Assembly: GCF_006345805.1 (NCBI RefSeq) | Contig: NC_043022.1 | Span: forward strand, 21,204,001 to 21,268,000 | Source of the DNA: Octopus sinensis | Lineage: Eukaryota | DNA: 64,000 nucleotides | Direction: 5' to 3' | Shown: positions 47,290 through 62,110 of the stretch, one piece after another | How positions within the stretch are numbered: the stretch's first letter is position 1 | How the letters are laid out: each line of letters begins with the position of its first letter | The notes under the pieces: generated by a model | The model's database searches: none | Told to the model about the DNA's origin: nothing | The model's input: the letters and a program-made list of their open reading frames with translations, nothing else | Program-made: the position numbers and the translations under genes

Positions 47290-49387
47290 TGGTATCTTTA
47301 CCTCTTACTGTTCGTGCCCCCCCCCCCACTGTTGCTTGTACTCCTTGTTCAGTAGTAGCAAGCTGGCTGGTGAATAAGGGGTACATGAAAATAAGATGGA
47401 TGGATGGATGGGTAGGTGGATGGATTTTTAAATAGATAAAGAGATACATAGATAGTAGATACACAAATAGAAACACACATACACACACACACACACACAC
47501 AGAATGAGGTAGATACATAATATGCAGAAATAGACAGACAGACAGATAGATAGAGAGATAAGGAGGGGAAGCACTCCGTCGGTTACGACGATGAGGGTTC
47601 CGGTTGATCCGAATCAACGGAACAGCCTGCTCGTGAAATTAACGTGTAAGTGGCTGAGCATTCCTCAGACATGGGATATTCAGGGGATATTCAGCGTGAC
47701 ACAGAGAGTGACAAGGCCGGCCCCTTGAAATACAGGTACAACAGAAACAGGAAGTAAGAGTGAGAGAAAGTTGTGGTGAAAGAGTACAGCAGGGATCACC
47801 ACCATCCCCTGCCGGAGCCTCATGGACCTTTTAGGTGCTTTCGCTCAATAAACACTCACAACGCCCGGTCTGGGAATCGAAACTGCGATCCTATGACCGC
47901 GATCCTATGACCACGATCCTATGACCGTGAGTCCGCTGCCCTAACCACTGGGCCATTGCGCCTCCACAGATAGAGAGATATAAATTGACAGACTGATATG
48001 GAAAGAGGCAAGAAATTGGAACTAGAGGAGAGTATGGCTAGAAAGAGAGATATCAAACTGAAAGGAATAATGGAAAGAAGAAGGAAGATATTTAAAATCA
48101 GTTCAACCTACACAATTGCGATTGGGTGGAAGGGTAAGAATGCAAGCGGGGTAAAGCGAGCAAAAAAGTAAAAGTGAAAAAAAAAGAAGAAGAAAAGGGT
48201 GACAATTTCCATGAATCGATTATGAAGGCAACTCTCAAAGGAAGAGAGAAGACAGCTTAATGCACAATTGCTATCTGTTGCAACAATCAGTGTGCATCAA
48301 AGCAGTCTTTGCTAAAGGAGATCATTGAGATGCTTCCCCTTTTTTATTTTTTTGCTTTCTTTGTTTTCGTTGGATTTATATATGGAGTAATATTGAATAC
48401 GGTTAGTTGACATTGCGTGACACCTCTCAGTTCTTCATTCTTCAAATTCTGACAAACCAAACATAAACAATGAATTCAAACCACATACATCTACACATAC
48501 ATATATTACAAGCATATATATATATATATATAAAGTTAGAAAATAACCACCTTTTATCAATTCAAAATGAACAATTAAATTACACCATCTAGAAAATTAC
48601 ATATAATAGAAATATTAAAATTAAAATAACAATAAAATATCAATGATTAAGTAAATTGCAAAAAAAATAATAAAAACTTATATAATTGGTAGAATAACGA
48701 CATGTGTTTCCCTCAAATAATCATTATATTCCTTCAAAGCTCGTGAGCAGAAACTAGATAAAATAAAAAAAATAAAATTACATCCAGCCCACTTATGCAT
48801 GCCTTTCCTCCCTTGGACACACGAAGACCTGTTGAGGCAACCAAAGTCGAAATCGAACATTCATCCGACGACAGGCACCCATGCCAACCTCCCTTCATTG
48901 GACACTAAACTCTGCTTGCGAAAACCTGTTGGGGCAAGTGAAATCAAAATTGAACCAATCCTATAACTGGCACCCGGCAGGTGCCAGGACCGCTGGACTG
49001 ACTCCTGTGCAGGTAGCAAGTGAAGAAACACCATTTCGATCCTGTGCTTGAGGAGATCCATTGAGTCAAGTACACCAACATCAAAATCAATGGAAACTGC
49101 AGTTGTGATCCCTGTGCCGGTGGCACGTAAAATGCACCAATCCGACCGTGGCCATTGCCAGCCTCGCCTGGCACCTGTGCTGGTGGCACGTAAGAAGCAC
49201 CCACTACACTCACGGAGTGGTTGGCGTTAGGAAAGGCATCCAGCTGTAGAAACACTGCCAGATCAGACTGGAGCCTGGTTCAGCCTTCTGGCTTCCCAGA
49301 TCCCTGGTCGAACCGTCCAACCCATTCTAGCATGGAGAACGGATGTTAAACGATGATGATGATGATATATATATATATATATATATG

Positions 49388-49433
<46 letters not shown>

Positions 49434-50209
49434 TATTTCACTTAGGCATTGAGAGACTAATGAGTCAGTGTAGAACTCAATACATGTATATTTCAGAATG
49501 AAGTATTAGCCAAGTATAGAGTGAGTGTACAAAGGAGAGATGATACAGGAATAAATGATTATCCTTTGAACTTCATTAGCTTACAGTTGTTTCTGCTATA
49601 AGATGCTGTGGACTCATAGGTGAGTACCTAAGCACTCAACTATGTGGGGGACAAACAAAGACAACCAAAACACACACACACACACACACACATATATCAG
49701 TAATAATTATATAGAGTATGGAGACTCCTCTCTCACTTTCTCTTTTCTCTGCAGCACTGCCTTTAGTTGAGCACATCGGCCCCAGGACTTATTCTTTGTA
49801 AGCCTAGTACTTATTCTATCGGTCTCTTTTGCCGAAACGCTAACTTACAGGGACGTAAACAGACCAGCATCAGTTGTCAAGCAATGCTGGAGGGACAAAC
49901 ACAGACACACAAACAGATACATGCATATACATATATACGACAGGCTTCTTTCACTTTCCGTCTACCAAATCTACTCACAAGTGCTTTGGTTGGCCTGAGG
50001 CTATATAGTAGAAGACACTTGCCCAAGGTGACACCACCTTGAGGAATTTTTAGTCAAATGAATCAACCCGGGTACTTATTTTTTGTTAAGTTGGGTACTT
50101 GTTCAACCAATCACTAAGGTACAGGGAGGAAAACACACCAACACCTGTTGTCAAGCAGTGGTGGGCAACAAACACAGACACAAAGACACACACACACACA
50201 CTCATAGAT

Positions 50210-50265
<56 letters not shown>

Positions 50266-50292
50266 TCATCTATCTGTCTATCTATATGTCTG

Positions 50293-50349
<57 letters not shown>

Positions 50350-50398
50350 TTATCTATCCGTCTGTCTGTCTGTCTATCTATATATCTGTCTGTCTGTA

Positions 50399-50431
<33 letters not shown>

Positions 50432-50610
50432 TTCTATCTATCTATCTATCTATCTATCCATCTATCCGTCTGTCTGTCTGTCTGTCTATCTATCTATATA
50501 TATATCTATCTATCTATCTATCTGCCTGTCTGTCTATCTATATATCTATCTATCTATTTATCTGTCTGTCTATCTATATATCTATCTATCTATCTGTCTG
50601 TCTGTCTCTC
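50210..50610. repeat. (TATC)n/(TGTC)n microsatellite
   Basis: Direct reading. Confidence 0.95.
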
Positions 50611-51009
50611 TATCTGTGTGCGTGTATGTGTATGTGTGTGTGTGTGAGGGTTTTTTTTAGTTACCATCTACCTAATCCACTTACAAGGATTTGGTCAGCC
50701 CAAGGCTTTAGTAGAAGATACTTGCCCAAGACGTCACACAGTGGAACTGAACCCGGAACCATACAGTTATGCTTGCACCCATTTCCTTATTTGGAAATTT
50801 TTATTTTCTTTCATGCTGGATCTCTTTTCCTAATTAAACATTGTAAGAATAAGTCTTTCTCTTATTTTCCAATTTGTGTCCTATATTTTCTTCTCGTTTT
50901 GTGGGGGGTGAAGTTTGGTTGGCAGAGATGGGGGCCTTATGAGGGTCAAGCGCACTTTCGCTTGATATCACTAGTTCTACTCAGTACATCAGATGATTCA
51001 GAATTATTC

Positions 51010-51044
<35 letters not shown>

Positions 51045-51180
51045 TGGTGGTGGTGGTGGTGGTGGTGGTGGTAGTAGTAGCAGTGGCAGTGGTGGTCGTG
51101 GTGCAATAGTAGTAGTAGTAGTAGTAGCAGCAGCAGCGGTGGTCGTCATGGTGCAAGTAGTAGTAGTAGTAGTGGTGGTG

Positions 51181-51213
<33 letters not shown>

Positions 51214-51236
51214 TAGTAGTAGTAGTAGTAGTAGTA
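51010..51236. repeat. (GTA)n/(GTG)n trinucleotide repeat
   Basis: Direct reading. Confidence 0.95.
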
Positions 51237-53119
51237 TGGGGAGGGGGGAAGCAGGGGCAGCAATGGTGGTACTGGTGCTGTGTATATGTTGACACCACTT
51301 ACATCCAGTTTTGTTCTTGATATCCTGTAACACAGCACTTCAACAATTAGGGGTCAATGAGGGTAAGTATAAAATATTAATAGGTACTGAGGGCAATATG
51401 GTCAGCTATTCATGACAAGCACCCTCTATAGTGTAGCTGTGTGGTAAGAGGCTTGCTTCCCAACCACATGGTTCCAGGTTCAGTCCCACTGCATGGATCC
51501 TTTGGCTAGTGTCTTCTTGTATAGCCTCGGGCCAACCAAAGTCTTGTGAGTGGATTTGGTAGGCAGAAACTGGATTTGGTAGACAGAAAAGGCGGCGAGC
51601 TGGCAGAATCGTTAGCACGCTGGACAAAATGCGTAGCCGTATTTCGTCTGCCGTTACGTTCTGAGTTCAAATTCCGCTGTGGTCGACTTTGCTTTTCATC
51701 CTTTTGGGGTCGATAAATTAAGTACCAGTTACACACTAGGGTCGATGTAATTGACTTTGTCTGTCCTTGTTTGTCCCCTCTGTGTTCAGCCCCTTGTGGG
51801 TAATAAAGAAATAAGAAACTGAAAGATGCCCATCATATGTGTGTGTGTGTGTATCATTTGTGTTTGTCTCCAAGCACCACTTAACAGCCGGTGTTGGTGC
51901 ATTTATGTCACCATAACTTAGCAATTGGGCAAAAAGGAGTGACAGAATAAATACCAGCCTTAAAAAACAAATGCACTGAGGTCGATTCATTTGACTAAAA
52001 ATTCTTCGAGGCAGTGCCCCAGCATGTCCGCAGTCTAATGACTGAAATGAATGGACGGACGGACGGACGGACGGACGAACGAACGAACGAACGAACACAT
52101 ACATACATACATACATACATACATACATAGCCGCAGGACTGGCTGTGTGGTAAGCAGCTTGTTTACCAACCACATGGTTCCGGGTTCAGCCCCTCTGCGT
52201 GGCATCTTGGGCCAGTGTCTTCTGCTATAGCCCCGGGCCCACCAATGCCTTGTGAGTGGATTTGGTAGACGGAAACTGAAAGACACCTGTCGTATATATG
52301 TATGTATATATATATATGTGTGTGTGTGTGTTTGTCTCCCTAGCACCGCTTGACAACTGCTGGTGTGTTTACGTCCCCGTCACTTAGCAGTTCGGCAAAA
52401 GAGACCGATAGAATAAGTACTGGGCTTACAAAGAATAAGTCCCGGGGTCAAGTTGCTCGACTAAAGGCGGTGCTGCAGCATGGCCGCAGTCAAATGACTG
52501 AAACAAGTAAAAGAGTAAAAAGAGTAAAAGAGTATACATACATACAGACAGATAGATAGATAGAAACATTATTTATTTCTAAATCTCTCAACAAGAAACA
52601 TACAGTAACAGTACTTTAAAGCAAAGATTATTTGCCATATAAAGGCATGGGAGAAAGAAAATGGAAATTACATTATCATTTCAACCCATCATCTTGCAGG
52701 TGGGATGCTTACATACATCAGTGGGGCATCACAGGTGTAAATGTGTCCCCTCAAGTGATTTATTTACCATTCTGCTTATTTCCATATCAATACATTTTTG
52801 TAGTCGTGACAAATTCATCATCTACATAAGGACGTATGTATAAAGGAGGTTATAATCCAAGTTGTGTCCCCATGAAGCATGTCTGCATTAATCAAAAGTA
52901 TATATATGCTAGCTACTCATCAAGCTGAAGATACCTTAATTATATGAAGGGTACATTGTTGTTAAGAAATCCCAAGTCAACTCATCAAAAATATAATTGG
53001 GTATAACTCCTTAACAACAAGGTAATCTTCATATAATCAAGTTATCCTCAGCCTGATGTTTATACTAGAGAGGAAACATATGTAGCCTGGATTTTACCTG
53101 CTTCACTCACTTAATTTCG

Positions 53120-53153
<34 letters not shown>

Positions 53154-53154
<1 letters not shown>

Positions 53155-53975
53155 TAGCAGTATCGCCCGGCGTTGCTCGGGTTTGTAAGGGAAATAACTA
53201 TATAAGCATTTTCAGAGAGTTATTTCCCTTATAATAACCGAGCAAAAATCATTAAAAGGCGGAAAAATGATGGTGATTTTTTTTTAAATCGTAGACTCAT
53301 TGTAGACGCGTGTTAATACCCAGAAGGACTCGATATGAATGATGACTATAAGATACCCGCTTTTGGTTAAACTGCACTGCAAAATGTGGGAGTAGTTAGG
53401 TATCTAAATCGGAGGAGACAGAGTCTCGCACACACAACTTGAATTTTATATATATATATATACTAGCAGTATCGCCCGGCGTTGCTCGGGTTTGTAAGGG
53501 AAATAACTATATAAGCATTTTTAGAGAGTTACTTCCCTTATAGATGCCAATTCGGGCTTTCTTAGCCATTTCTGTTATGGTGTCTTCAAGCCATGAAGTC
53601 GTTGTTCTAAAAGAACGCTGGTCTCCTTGACAACGCTTTACGACGTTGGTTTCCTTACACTCCCTTCCCCACAGCTTCACGAGGGAGGGAAGAAGAGGGA
53701 GAAGCAAACAGGTGCAGGTGTGACCATGGACGCCAACTCCGCCGCCATCGACACACGAAAAATTATGCATTAAAATAGAATAAAAAATGATGTTAAATTA
53801 TTTTTTAAATCGTAGACTCATCGTAGACGCGTGCTAATACTCAGACGGGCTCGATATGAATCACGACTATAAGATACCCGAATTTGGTTAAACTGCACCG
53901 CAAAATGTGGGAGTAGTTAGGAATCTAAATCGAAGGGGACAGACACTCACACAACTACAGTTTTATATATATAGA
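53154..53975 (-). mobile_element. Two tandem non-autonomous Helitrons (53154-53460 and 53463-53975)
   Basis: Minus strand starts TCTATATATATAAAA and ends with hairpin CCCGAGCAACGCCGGG then CTAG; inserted in (TA)n with no TSD. Confidence 0.8.
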
Positions 53976-55681
53976 TATATATATATATATATTACAGAGA
54001 TGTACTTGCATAGCAAGTGACCTGATCTGAGATCGTGTGCTGGAACGAAAACAATTGCAGCATGGGAGGAGTTTATAAGCTATTTAAGAAACACACAAAA
54101 ACTGTTAGATTCACTTCAACATTTAAATTTAATATCACTGAACAGGTCGCAGTCTCAAAGTGACGAAAATATTTTGTCAAATTAAATTTAAATGTTGAAG
54201 TGGATCTAACAGCTTTTGTGTGTTTCTTATAAATACAAATGGCGCAGGAGTGGCTGTGTGGTAAGTAGCTTGCTTACCAACCACATGGTTCTGGGTTCAG
54301 TCCCACTGCGTGGCACCTTGGGCAAGTGTCTTCTACTATAGCCTCGGGCCAACCAAAGCCTTGTGAGTGGATTTGGTAGACGGAAACTGAAACAAGCCCG
54401 TCGTGTGTGTGTGCTTGTCCCCCCAACATCACTTGGCACGTAAAAAGCACCCACTATACTCTCGGAGTGGTTGGCATTAGGAAGGGCATCCAGCTGTAGA
54501 AACTCTGCCAGATCAGATTGGAGCCTGGTGCAGCCATGTGGTTCGCCAGTCCTTGGTCAAATCGTCCAACCCATGCTAGCATGGAAAGCAGATGTGAAAC
54601 GATGCTGCTGCTGCTGCTGATGATGATGGTGATGATGGTGATGATGATGATGATGATGATGATGTATATATGTATGTATGTTTATCAGAAATGCAGAGGC
54701 GTAGTGACTCCTCCATTGGAAACCTATAACAACATTGTCGGGCAAGAAAATACACGATATACATTAATAAAAAAAATACATTAGTTATTTTATATATCTA
54801 CGTAATAGCTGGATGGCTTTGATGATGGTCTAAATTTAGAAAAGATTTAATATCTGACAAAAACAACTATAAAATAACAAACATAAAAAACTGGAACAAC
54901 TAATGGCAATTTACATATCTGGTTCTTAATTCTTCAAAATATCACTGCAAATATCAGTTACGGTACTGGATAGCGAATCCAATTTTACTCTTGAAAATGA
55001 TATTAGTAGCATTTCGAGAACATGATACCTTTCCGCTTATTCTCCATAGCTATTATCACAAGTACTACATGTGTGTGTGTATCCCCCACTGTAGTTTTAA
55101 TGTCTACTTTTCCATACTTACATAATTCAGACAAGATTTCACAAGGTTTTTTTTTGATGTCTTGTGCCCATACATGCATGTATATATACATATATATGTA
55201 GGTAGGTACATATATGTATGTATATATGCATATATTTGTATATTATATATATATATATATTTTACTTGTTTCAGTCATTTGACTGTGGCCATGCTGGAGC
55301 ACCGCCTTTAATCGAGCAACTCAACCCCGGGACTTATTCTTTTGTAAGCCCAGTACTTATTCTATCGGTCGCTTTTGCCGAACCGTTAAGTAACAGGGAC
55401 ATAAATACACCAGCATCGGTTGTCAAGCAATGCTAGGGGGACAAACTCAGACACACAAACATACACACACACATATATATATATATATACGACGGGCTTC
55501 TTTCAGTTTCCGTCTACCAAATCCACTCACAAGGCTTTGGTCGGCTCTAGGCTATAGTAGAAGACACTTGCCCAAGGTGCCACGCAGTGGGACTGAACCC
55601 GGAACCATGTGGTTGGTACACAAGCTATTTACCACACAGCCACTCCTGCGCCTTTATATATATATATATATATGTTATATG

Positions 55682-55989
55682 TGGAGGTGCAATGGCCTAG
55701 TGGTTAGGGCAGCGGACTCGCGGTTGTAGGATCGCGGTTTCGATTCTCAGACCGGGCGTTGTGAGTGTTTATTGAGCGAAAACACCTAAAAGCTCCACGA
55801 GGCTCCGGCAGGGGTGGTGATCCCAGCTGTACTCTTTCACCACTCTTTCTCTCACACTTTCTTCTGTTGGCCTGCTTGCTTAGCCAGCGCGGGGTGGCAT
55901 CATTCGAAGGCTAAAACAATGCGAACACATTGTGACCAGCGATGTGTAACACATCTGATGGACTGGTCGGTCACGTGATGGTGATGGTG

Positions 55990-55990
<1 letters not shown>
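55682..55990 (+). mobile_element. SINE family D (tRNA-like head tggaggcgcaatggcccagtggttagggcagc...ggtttcgattc)
   Basis: Related copies at about 11830(-), 20002(-), 20993, 27897 and 47700(-). Confidence 0.8.
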
Positions 55991-56054
<64 letters not shown>

Positions 56055-56258
56055 ATTTAAAAAAGGAGATGTGGAACAGGAGTTGTGATATATAAAAAAA
56101 GGAAATGAAGAAAATCTATCAGAAAGGAACTCTATCTCTCCTAAAAATATTATTTTGATAAGCATAACAAATGCGCAACCGGTAAAAAGAACTTTCATCT
56201 AATTAAATACACTCTCCCTTACTTAAATTATTTTGTCAGCATTTTCTTCATTTCCTTT

Positions 56259-56304
<46 letters not shown>

Positions 56305-56590
56305 CACACACACACACACACACAAACACATCTTTTTGCTTGCAAAAATAAAAGATGCAGTTAATGGTCAGTTTATTGTACGAGCATGTGCACAAAAGTA
56401 ATTCTGCACAAAAATGCCTTGTTTCAAACATAAACACATAGAGGGTTTCTTTTCATTCGATTAATGTTTATTTCTTAAAGTTTTATCTTCCATTTTTTTT
56501 TATAAACCACTATAAAAGAAAACTCGAAACATAAACACCATACAAGTATATCATGCATACAAAACATCACAGCACATACATCATACAAAG

Positions 56591-56630
<40 letters not shown>

Positions 56631-56669
56631 CATCATGTTTTAACGTCCCCCTTCCATGCTGGCATTTGT

Positions 56670-57060
<391 letters not shown>

Positions 57061-57166
57061 AACACATGATTACTACCAACAGACTTGAATGTTGTGAATG
57101 CTGCATCCCTTCTCCGACTCTCTAACATCCCCCACCCCATGCATATCTCTCACCCTCACTTTCTCT

Positions 57167-57206
<40 letters not shown>

Positions 57207-60200
57207 CACGCGCACGCACGCACACGTGCACTAACTTACATTTCTTTATGTTTTATTCCGCAATCTGCATTTCCACCCCACAACGGTTTTCCTCAATTCT
57301 TCTTTCATCACTTTTTAAAGTTTCGTTTTCTTTTTTTTCATTTCCTGTCAACATCTGAATTTATCTGAGTTTACATTTCCATCTTTCTGTATGTTTAGCG
57401 CTGACATTTTTTACTGTTTCCTCATTCTTACTTTCTCATAAGCTTTTGTGAATTGTCACTTTTCATAAATACCAGGAAGTTTCTTTATCATGCTAATAAA
57501 ATAAGCAATAGTATTCTTCAGTTTTCAGGGTTCCAAAGCCCAGAAGTATACTGGAAGTCATTTTAGATACAAGGACTTGTATCTAAAATTATACAAGTCC
57601 ATTTTAGATACAAGGTCTTAAATGCACAACGCTTAAAACATTTTTGTGATGTGTATGTATGTTTGTATGTATGTATGTATGTATGTATGTATGTATGATG
57701 TATTTAGGTATGTATGTATGTATGATGTATGTATGTATGTATGTATGTATGTATGTATGTATGTATGCACGTATGCATGTATGTATGTATGTATGTATTA
57801 TGTATGTATGTATGTATTTCACAAAATCTCATACAGATAAACAGATTCTGAACATGCATGCATGTATGTATGTATGTTTGTTTATGTCAGGTCACTTTTG
57901 AGTGCTACTGGTAACATGTAACCCAGTACAACCTGTTGCATGGTTGGGTCGTCGGCGACTAAACTGGTAACCCCACCAAGCTTGCTTGGTGAGGAGCGTG
58001 TTTATTGGACACCCAGCAGGATGGAAAACAAAACCTGTCAAAGGATGGAGGAAGTCTTGAGAGTCAACGGCCATCCAATAAATGTCTTAAAGCTGTATCA
58101 TGCGCGGGGACATAGAAATACCCGATCGCGTGGTTAAACCATTGGGAGTGAAGGACTCCTAGCCTTTGTTAGGGCATCCTTCTAGGAGAAGGTAACTCAG
58201 GTAACTGGGATAACTCTGACATAAAACCTGTGGCACGTAAAAAGCACCCACTACACTCACGGAGTGGTTGGCGTTAGGAAGGGCATCCAGCTGTAGAAAC
58301 ACTGCCAGATCAGGCTGGAGCCTGGTGCAGCCTCCTGGCTTCCCAGACCCCAGTCAAACCGTCCAACCCATGCTAGCACGGAAAACGGACGTTAAACGAT
58401 GATGATGATGATGCTATATATATATATTGTTGGAAAAGCTTCTTACCACATAGCCACACCTGCACTAGTATATATCTTTTTACTCTTTTACTCTTTTTAT
58501 TGTTTCAGTCATTTGACTGCGGCCATGCTGGAGCACCGCCCTTAGTCGAGAAAATCGACCCCGGGACTTATTCTTTGTAAGCCCAGTACTTATTCTATCG
58601 GTCTCTTTTGCCAAACCGCTAAGTGACGTAAACACACCAGCATCGGTTGTCAAGCAATGCTAGGGGGACAAACACAGACACACAAACACACACACACATA
58701 CATACATATATATATATACATATATACGACAGGCTTCTTTCAGTTTCCGTCTACCAAATCCACTCACAAGGCATTGGTCAGCCCGGGGCTATAGCAGAAG
58801 ACACCTGCCCAAGATGCCACGCAGTGGGACTGAACCCGGAAAACATGAGGCTGGTTAGCAAGCTACTTACCACACAGCCACTCCTGCGCCTATATATTGT
58901 TGGAAAATTTAAAATTTCCAAATGCCAAAACTAACGTTTACTATTTCATGTCTGTGCTAATAAAGCTTAAACATGGGCATGGAGTTACCTATTATATTCC
59001 GGGTAAAAGCAAAATTCATTTATCAGCTGAAGTGTCAGACCAGAAGCCATAGTTCCTATACCATTATTGCTGCTGCTATAGCTGCTGCCGCCACCATCAT
59101 CACCACCAACACCACCACCACCACCACCACTACCACTACCACTACTACTACTACTACTACAACTGCTACTGCTGTTGTTGCTACACATTGTAGATCTATC
59201 AATTTCTGGCGAATATACTTGTATTCGCATGCGAGTATGTGTTTATATATATACATATATATCTGCATGTATATATATGTATGTATATATATGCACATAC
59301 ACACAGACACACATAATTATAAGGATACACCTACCAATTTCAATAAAACGGTTTTAGTTGTATAGTTACTTTAGTGAGTTGCAAGAAGCCAAATTATTGT
59401 AATCACTTTGACAAACTAACCATTTATATCTGTATCTATATAAATTGGTGTATGAGTGTGAGTGTGAGGGAGAGAGAGAGAGGAAGTTTACATACACGCA
59501 TTGCTACTGTGGACAAGCACAAATAAAAGTACTCAATCGCAGAGCATGGTGCATATAACCAGAGAATGCAGCAGCTTCACTCCATCTACACAAAACCCAA
59601 AATTTTCACATGGGGTACTTAAACACAAGTGAATCCACTGAAGGTAGGAAAGGAAGAAGTAGTGGTGTAGCAAGATATAAAGATAACTAAAGGGCAGAGA
59701 CCAATACCACAAGGTATCAAGGCCAACCACAAGGTATCAAGGCAGCGAGCTGGCAGAAACGTTAGCACGCCAGGCGAAATGCTTTGCGGTATTTTGTCTA
59801 CCGTTACGTTCTGAGTTCAAAAAATTCCACCAAGGTCGACTTTGTCTTTCATCCTTTCGGGGTCGATTAAATAAGTACCCGTTACACACTGGGGTCGATA
59901 TAATTGACTTAATCCGTTTGTCTGTCCTTGTTTGTCCTCTCTGTATTTAGCCCCTTGTGGGTAGTAAAGAAATAGAAATAGGTATTTCGTCTACCGTTAC
60001 ATTCTGAGTTCAAATTCCGCCGAGGTCGACTTTGCCTTTCATCCTTTCGGGGTCGATTAAATAAGTACCAGTTACACACTGGAGTCAATATAATTGACTT
60101 AATCCGTTTGTCCTTGTTTGTCCTCTCTGTGTTTAGCCTATTGTGGGTAGTAAAGAAATAGGTATCAAGGCCAATGCACGAACAAGCTTATCAATTCACT

Positions 60201-61254
60201 TCTTTGGAGTGGTACTTCAGTTTATCCTCCGTCTACCAAATCCACTCACAAGGCTTTGGTCGGGCCGAGGCTATAATAGAAGGCACTTGCCCAAGGTGTC
60301 ATGCAGTGGGACTGAACCCGGAACCATGTGGTTGGTAAGCAAGCTACTTACCACACAGCCACTCCTATGCCTAATTCACATTGTCTTGAATTAATCATGC
60401 ATTATCTCAAAGCTTCAATATTTCAATGATGTGGTTGCATATTTTTAGAATGACACAGTAAGGTAGTGTAAGAAATCAGATCTAGCTTATTTCAGCACAT
60501 AACATTGAGTATTTTAGCCTGGTATGGCCGGTTTAAATGCTAAACAGATAAACATAAATAAGAACAGATATACTTTCAGTTTTAATAGTACATAAACTTA
60601 CAGAGAAGAACCATTTCTTTCTATTTATCTCATTGATACTACATTGGCCTCTGAACTAGTAAGTTGTTTACTACATCCACCCTTAAATGCACTTCAAACA
60701 CATTAGTTTCATCTTTCTGCCACTCATATTAAGCCTTTTCATCACCCAAAGCTTACAAATTAATCCACAGAACATCAGTCCTCTCAAATTCCTTTCTCAC
60801 TCAAGATCCTTTGCCAGACACCAGCTTACATATCAACCATATTAATCTCACATACCTTGGAAGGTCTACAAAAACTATAGACCTTACCCCTTCCACCTGA
60901 TAAGGTCATAAAAAGCAGAGGGAAATATTACATGCTGCTATAGCAATGTAACAATCTGCTAAAAATAGCAACCAAATCAGATCTTACCATCTCAGAATAA
61001 AAGGACATATTTGATAATGTAATCCTAGATACCTAATTACTAAAAAAAGATTTTGGAAGGGCTGCAGATGGAACAAACTCAATGATTAATGTAATCCAAG
61101 ATATTTTATGCCTGAAAAATTGTTGGAATTTTCATAAGTAGAATGTCTTTGATCATGGATCTGCTTGAACAAGGTTGACTGAGGGATCAACAAGAGGTAG
61201 ACTTCCAGATATGCTAAATTCCATTCTATAACAACAAGCAAGCCTGAACCTTAC

Positions 61255-61393
61255 CACGAGCATTGTTCAACAAACATCCGCTTATAGCGTTTATTACATC
61301 AATGTTATTGAACCAGTGAGCAAATACTTGCCATGGGTTGCTTGGGTGATTGAAGGTTTGTATGTCAGTCAAACTGTTTGTTTTTGTTTGTAT
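61255..61393 (-). CDS. Possible internal exon (IQTKTNSLTDIQTFNHPSNPWQVFAHWFNNIDVINAISGCLLNNAR)
   Basis: Pyrimidine tract plus cag acceptor, donor GTG|GTAAGG, only one frame open. Confidence 0.35.
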
Positions 61394-61504
61394 CTGTACT
61401 AGTAAGAGAGAGGGGGAGCAGGAGGGATATGAGGCTGTGTGTGTGTGTGTGTGTGCACACGAATGGCCTTGATAGATATTATTATTAATGGTGTCAAGGA
61501 AACA

Positions 61505-62110
61505 AAGGCGGCGAGCTGGCAGAATCGTTAGCACACCGGGCAAAATGCTTAGCAGTATTTCGTCTGCCGCTACGTTTTGAGTTCAAATTCCGCCGAGGTC
61601 GACTTTGCCTTTCATCCTTTCAGGGTCGATTAAATAAGTACCAGTTACGCACTGGGGTCGATATAATCGACTTAATCCATTTGTCTGTCCTTGTTTGTCC
61701 TCTCTGTGTTTAGCCCCTTGTGGGTAGTAAAGAAATAGGTATTTCGTCTGTCGCTATGTTCTGAGTTCAAATTCCGCCAAGGTCGACTTTGCCTTTCATC
61801 CTTTCAGGGTCGATTAAATAAGTACCAGTTACGCACTGGGGTCGATATAATTGACTTAATCCATTGTCTGTCCTTGTTTGTCCTCTCTGTGTTTAGCCCC
61901 TTGTGGGTAGTAAAGAAATAGGTATTTCGTCTGTCGCTATGTTCTGAGTTCAAATTCCGCCAAGGTCGACTTTGCCTTTCATCCTTTCAGGGTCGATTAA
62001 ATAAGTACCAGTTACGCACTGGGGTCGATATAATCGACTTAATCCGTTTGTCTATCCTTCTTTGTCCACCCTGTGTTTGGCCCCTTGTGGGTAGTAGAGA
62101 AGTGGAAGTG
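61505..62110 (+). mobile_element. SINE A trimer with 15-bp TSD
   Basis: ggtgtcaaggaaaca at 61490-61504 and 62111-62125. Confidence 0.85.

Noticed and set aside
47580-47650. Hairpin followed by GAAA (gttgat/atcaac...ctcgtGAAA)
   Set aside because: No CUGANGA core and no stem I; part of a repeat fused to SINE D
50083-51338. 377-aa ORF and overlapping ORFs
   Set aside because: Made of SINE fragments, (TATC)n and (GTA)n repeats
55682-55760. tRNA-like sequence
   Set aside because: A and B boxes are present but there is no proper acceptor stem, and it continues into a shared SINE body in several copies
59533-59640. Strong minus-strand acceptor with short open frames
   Set aside because: No convincing donor, and the frame compatible with the 61.3-kb exon stops after 10 codons
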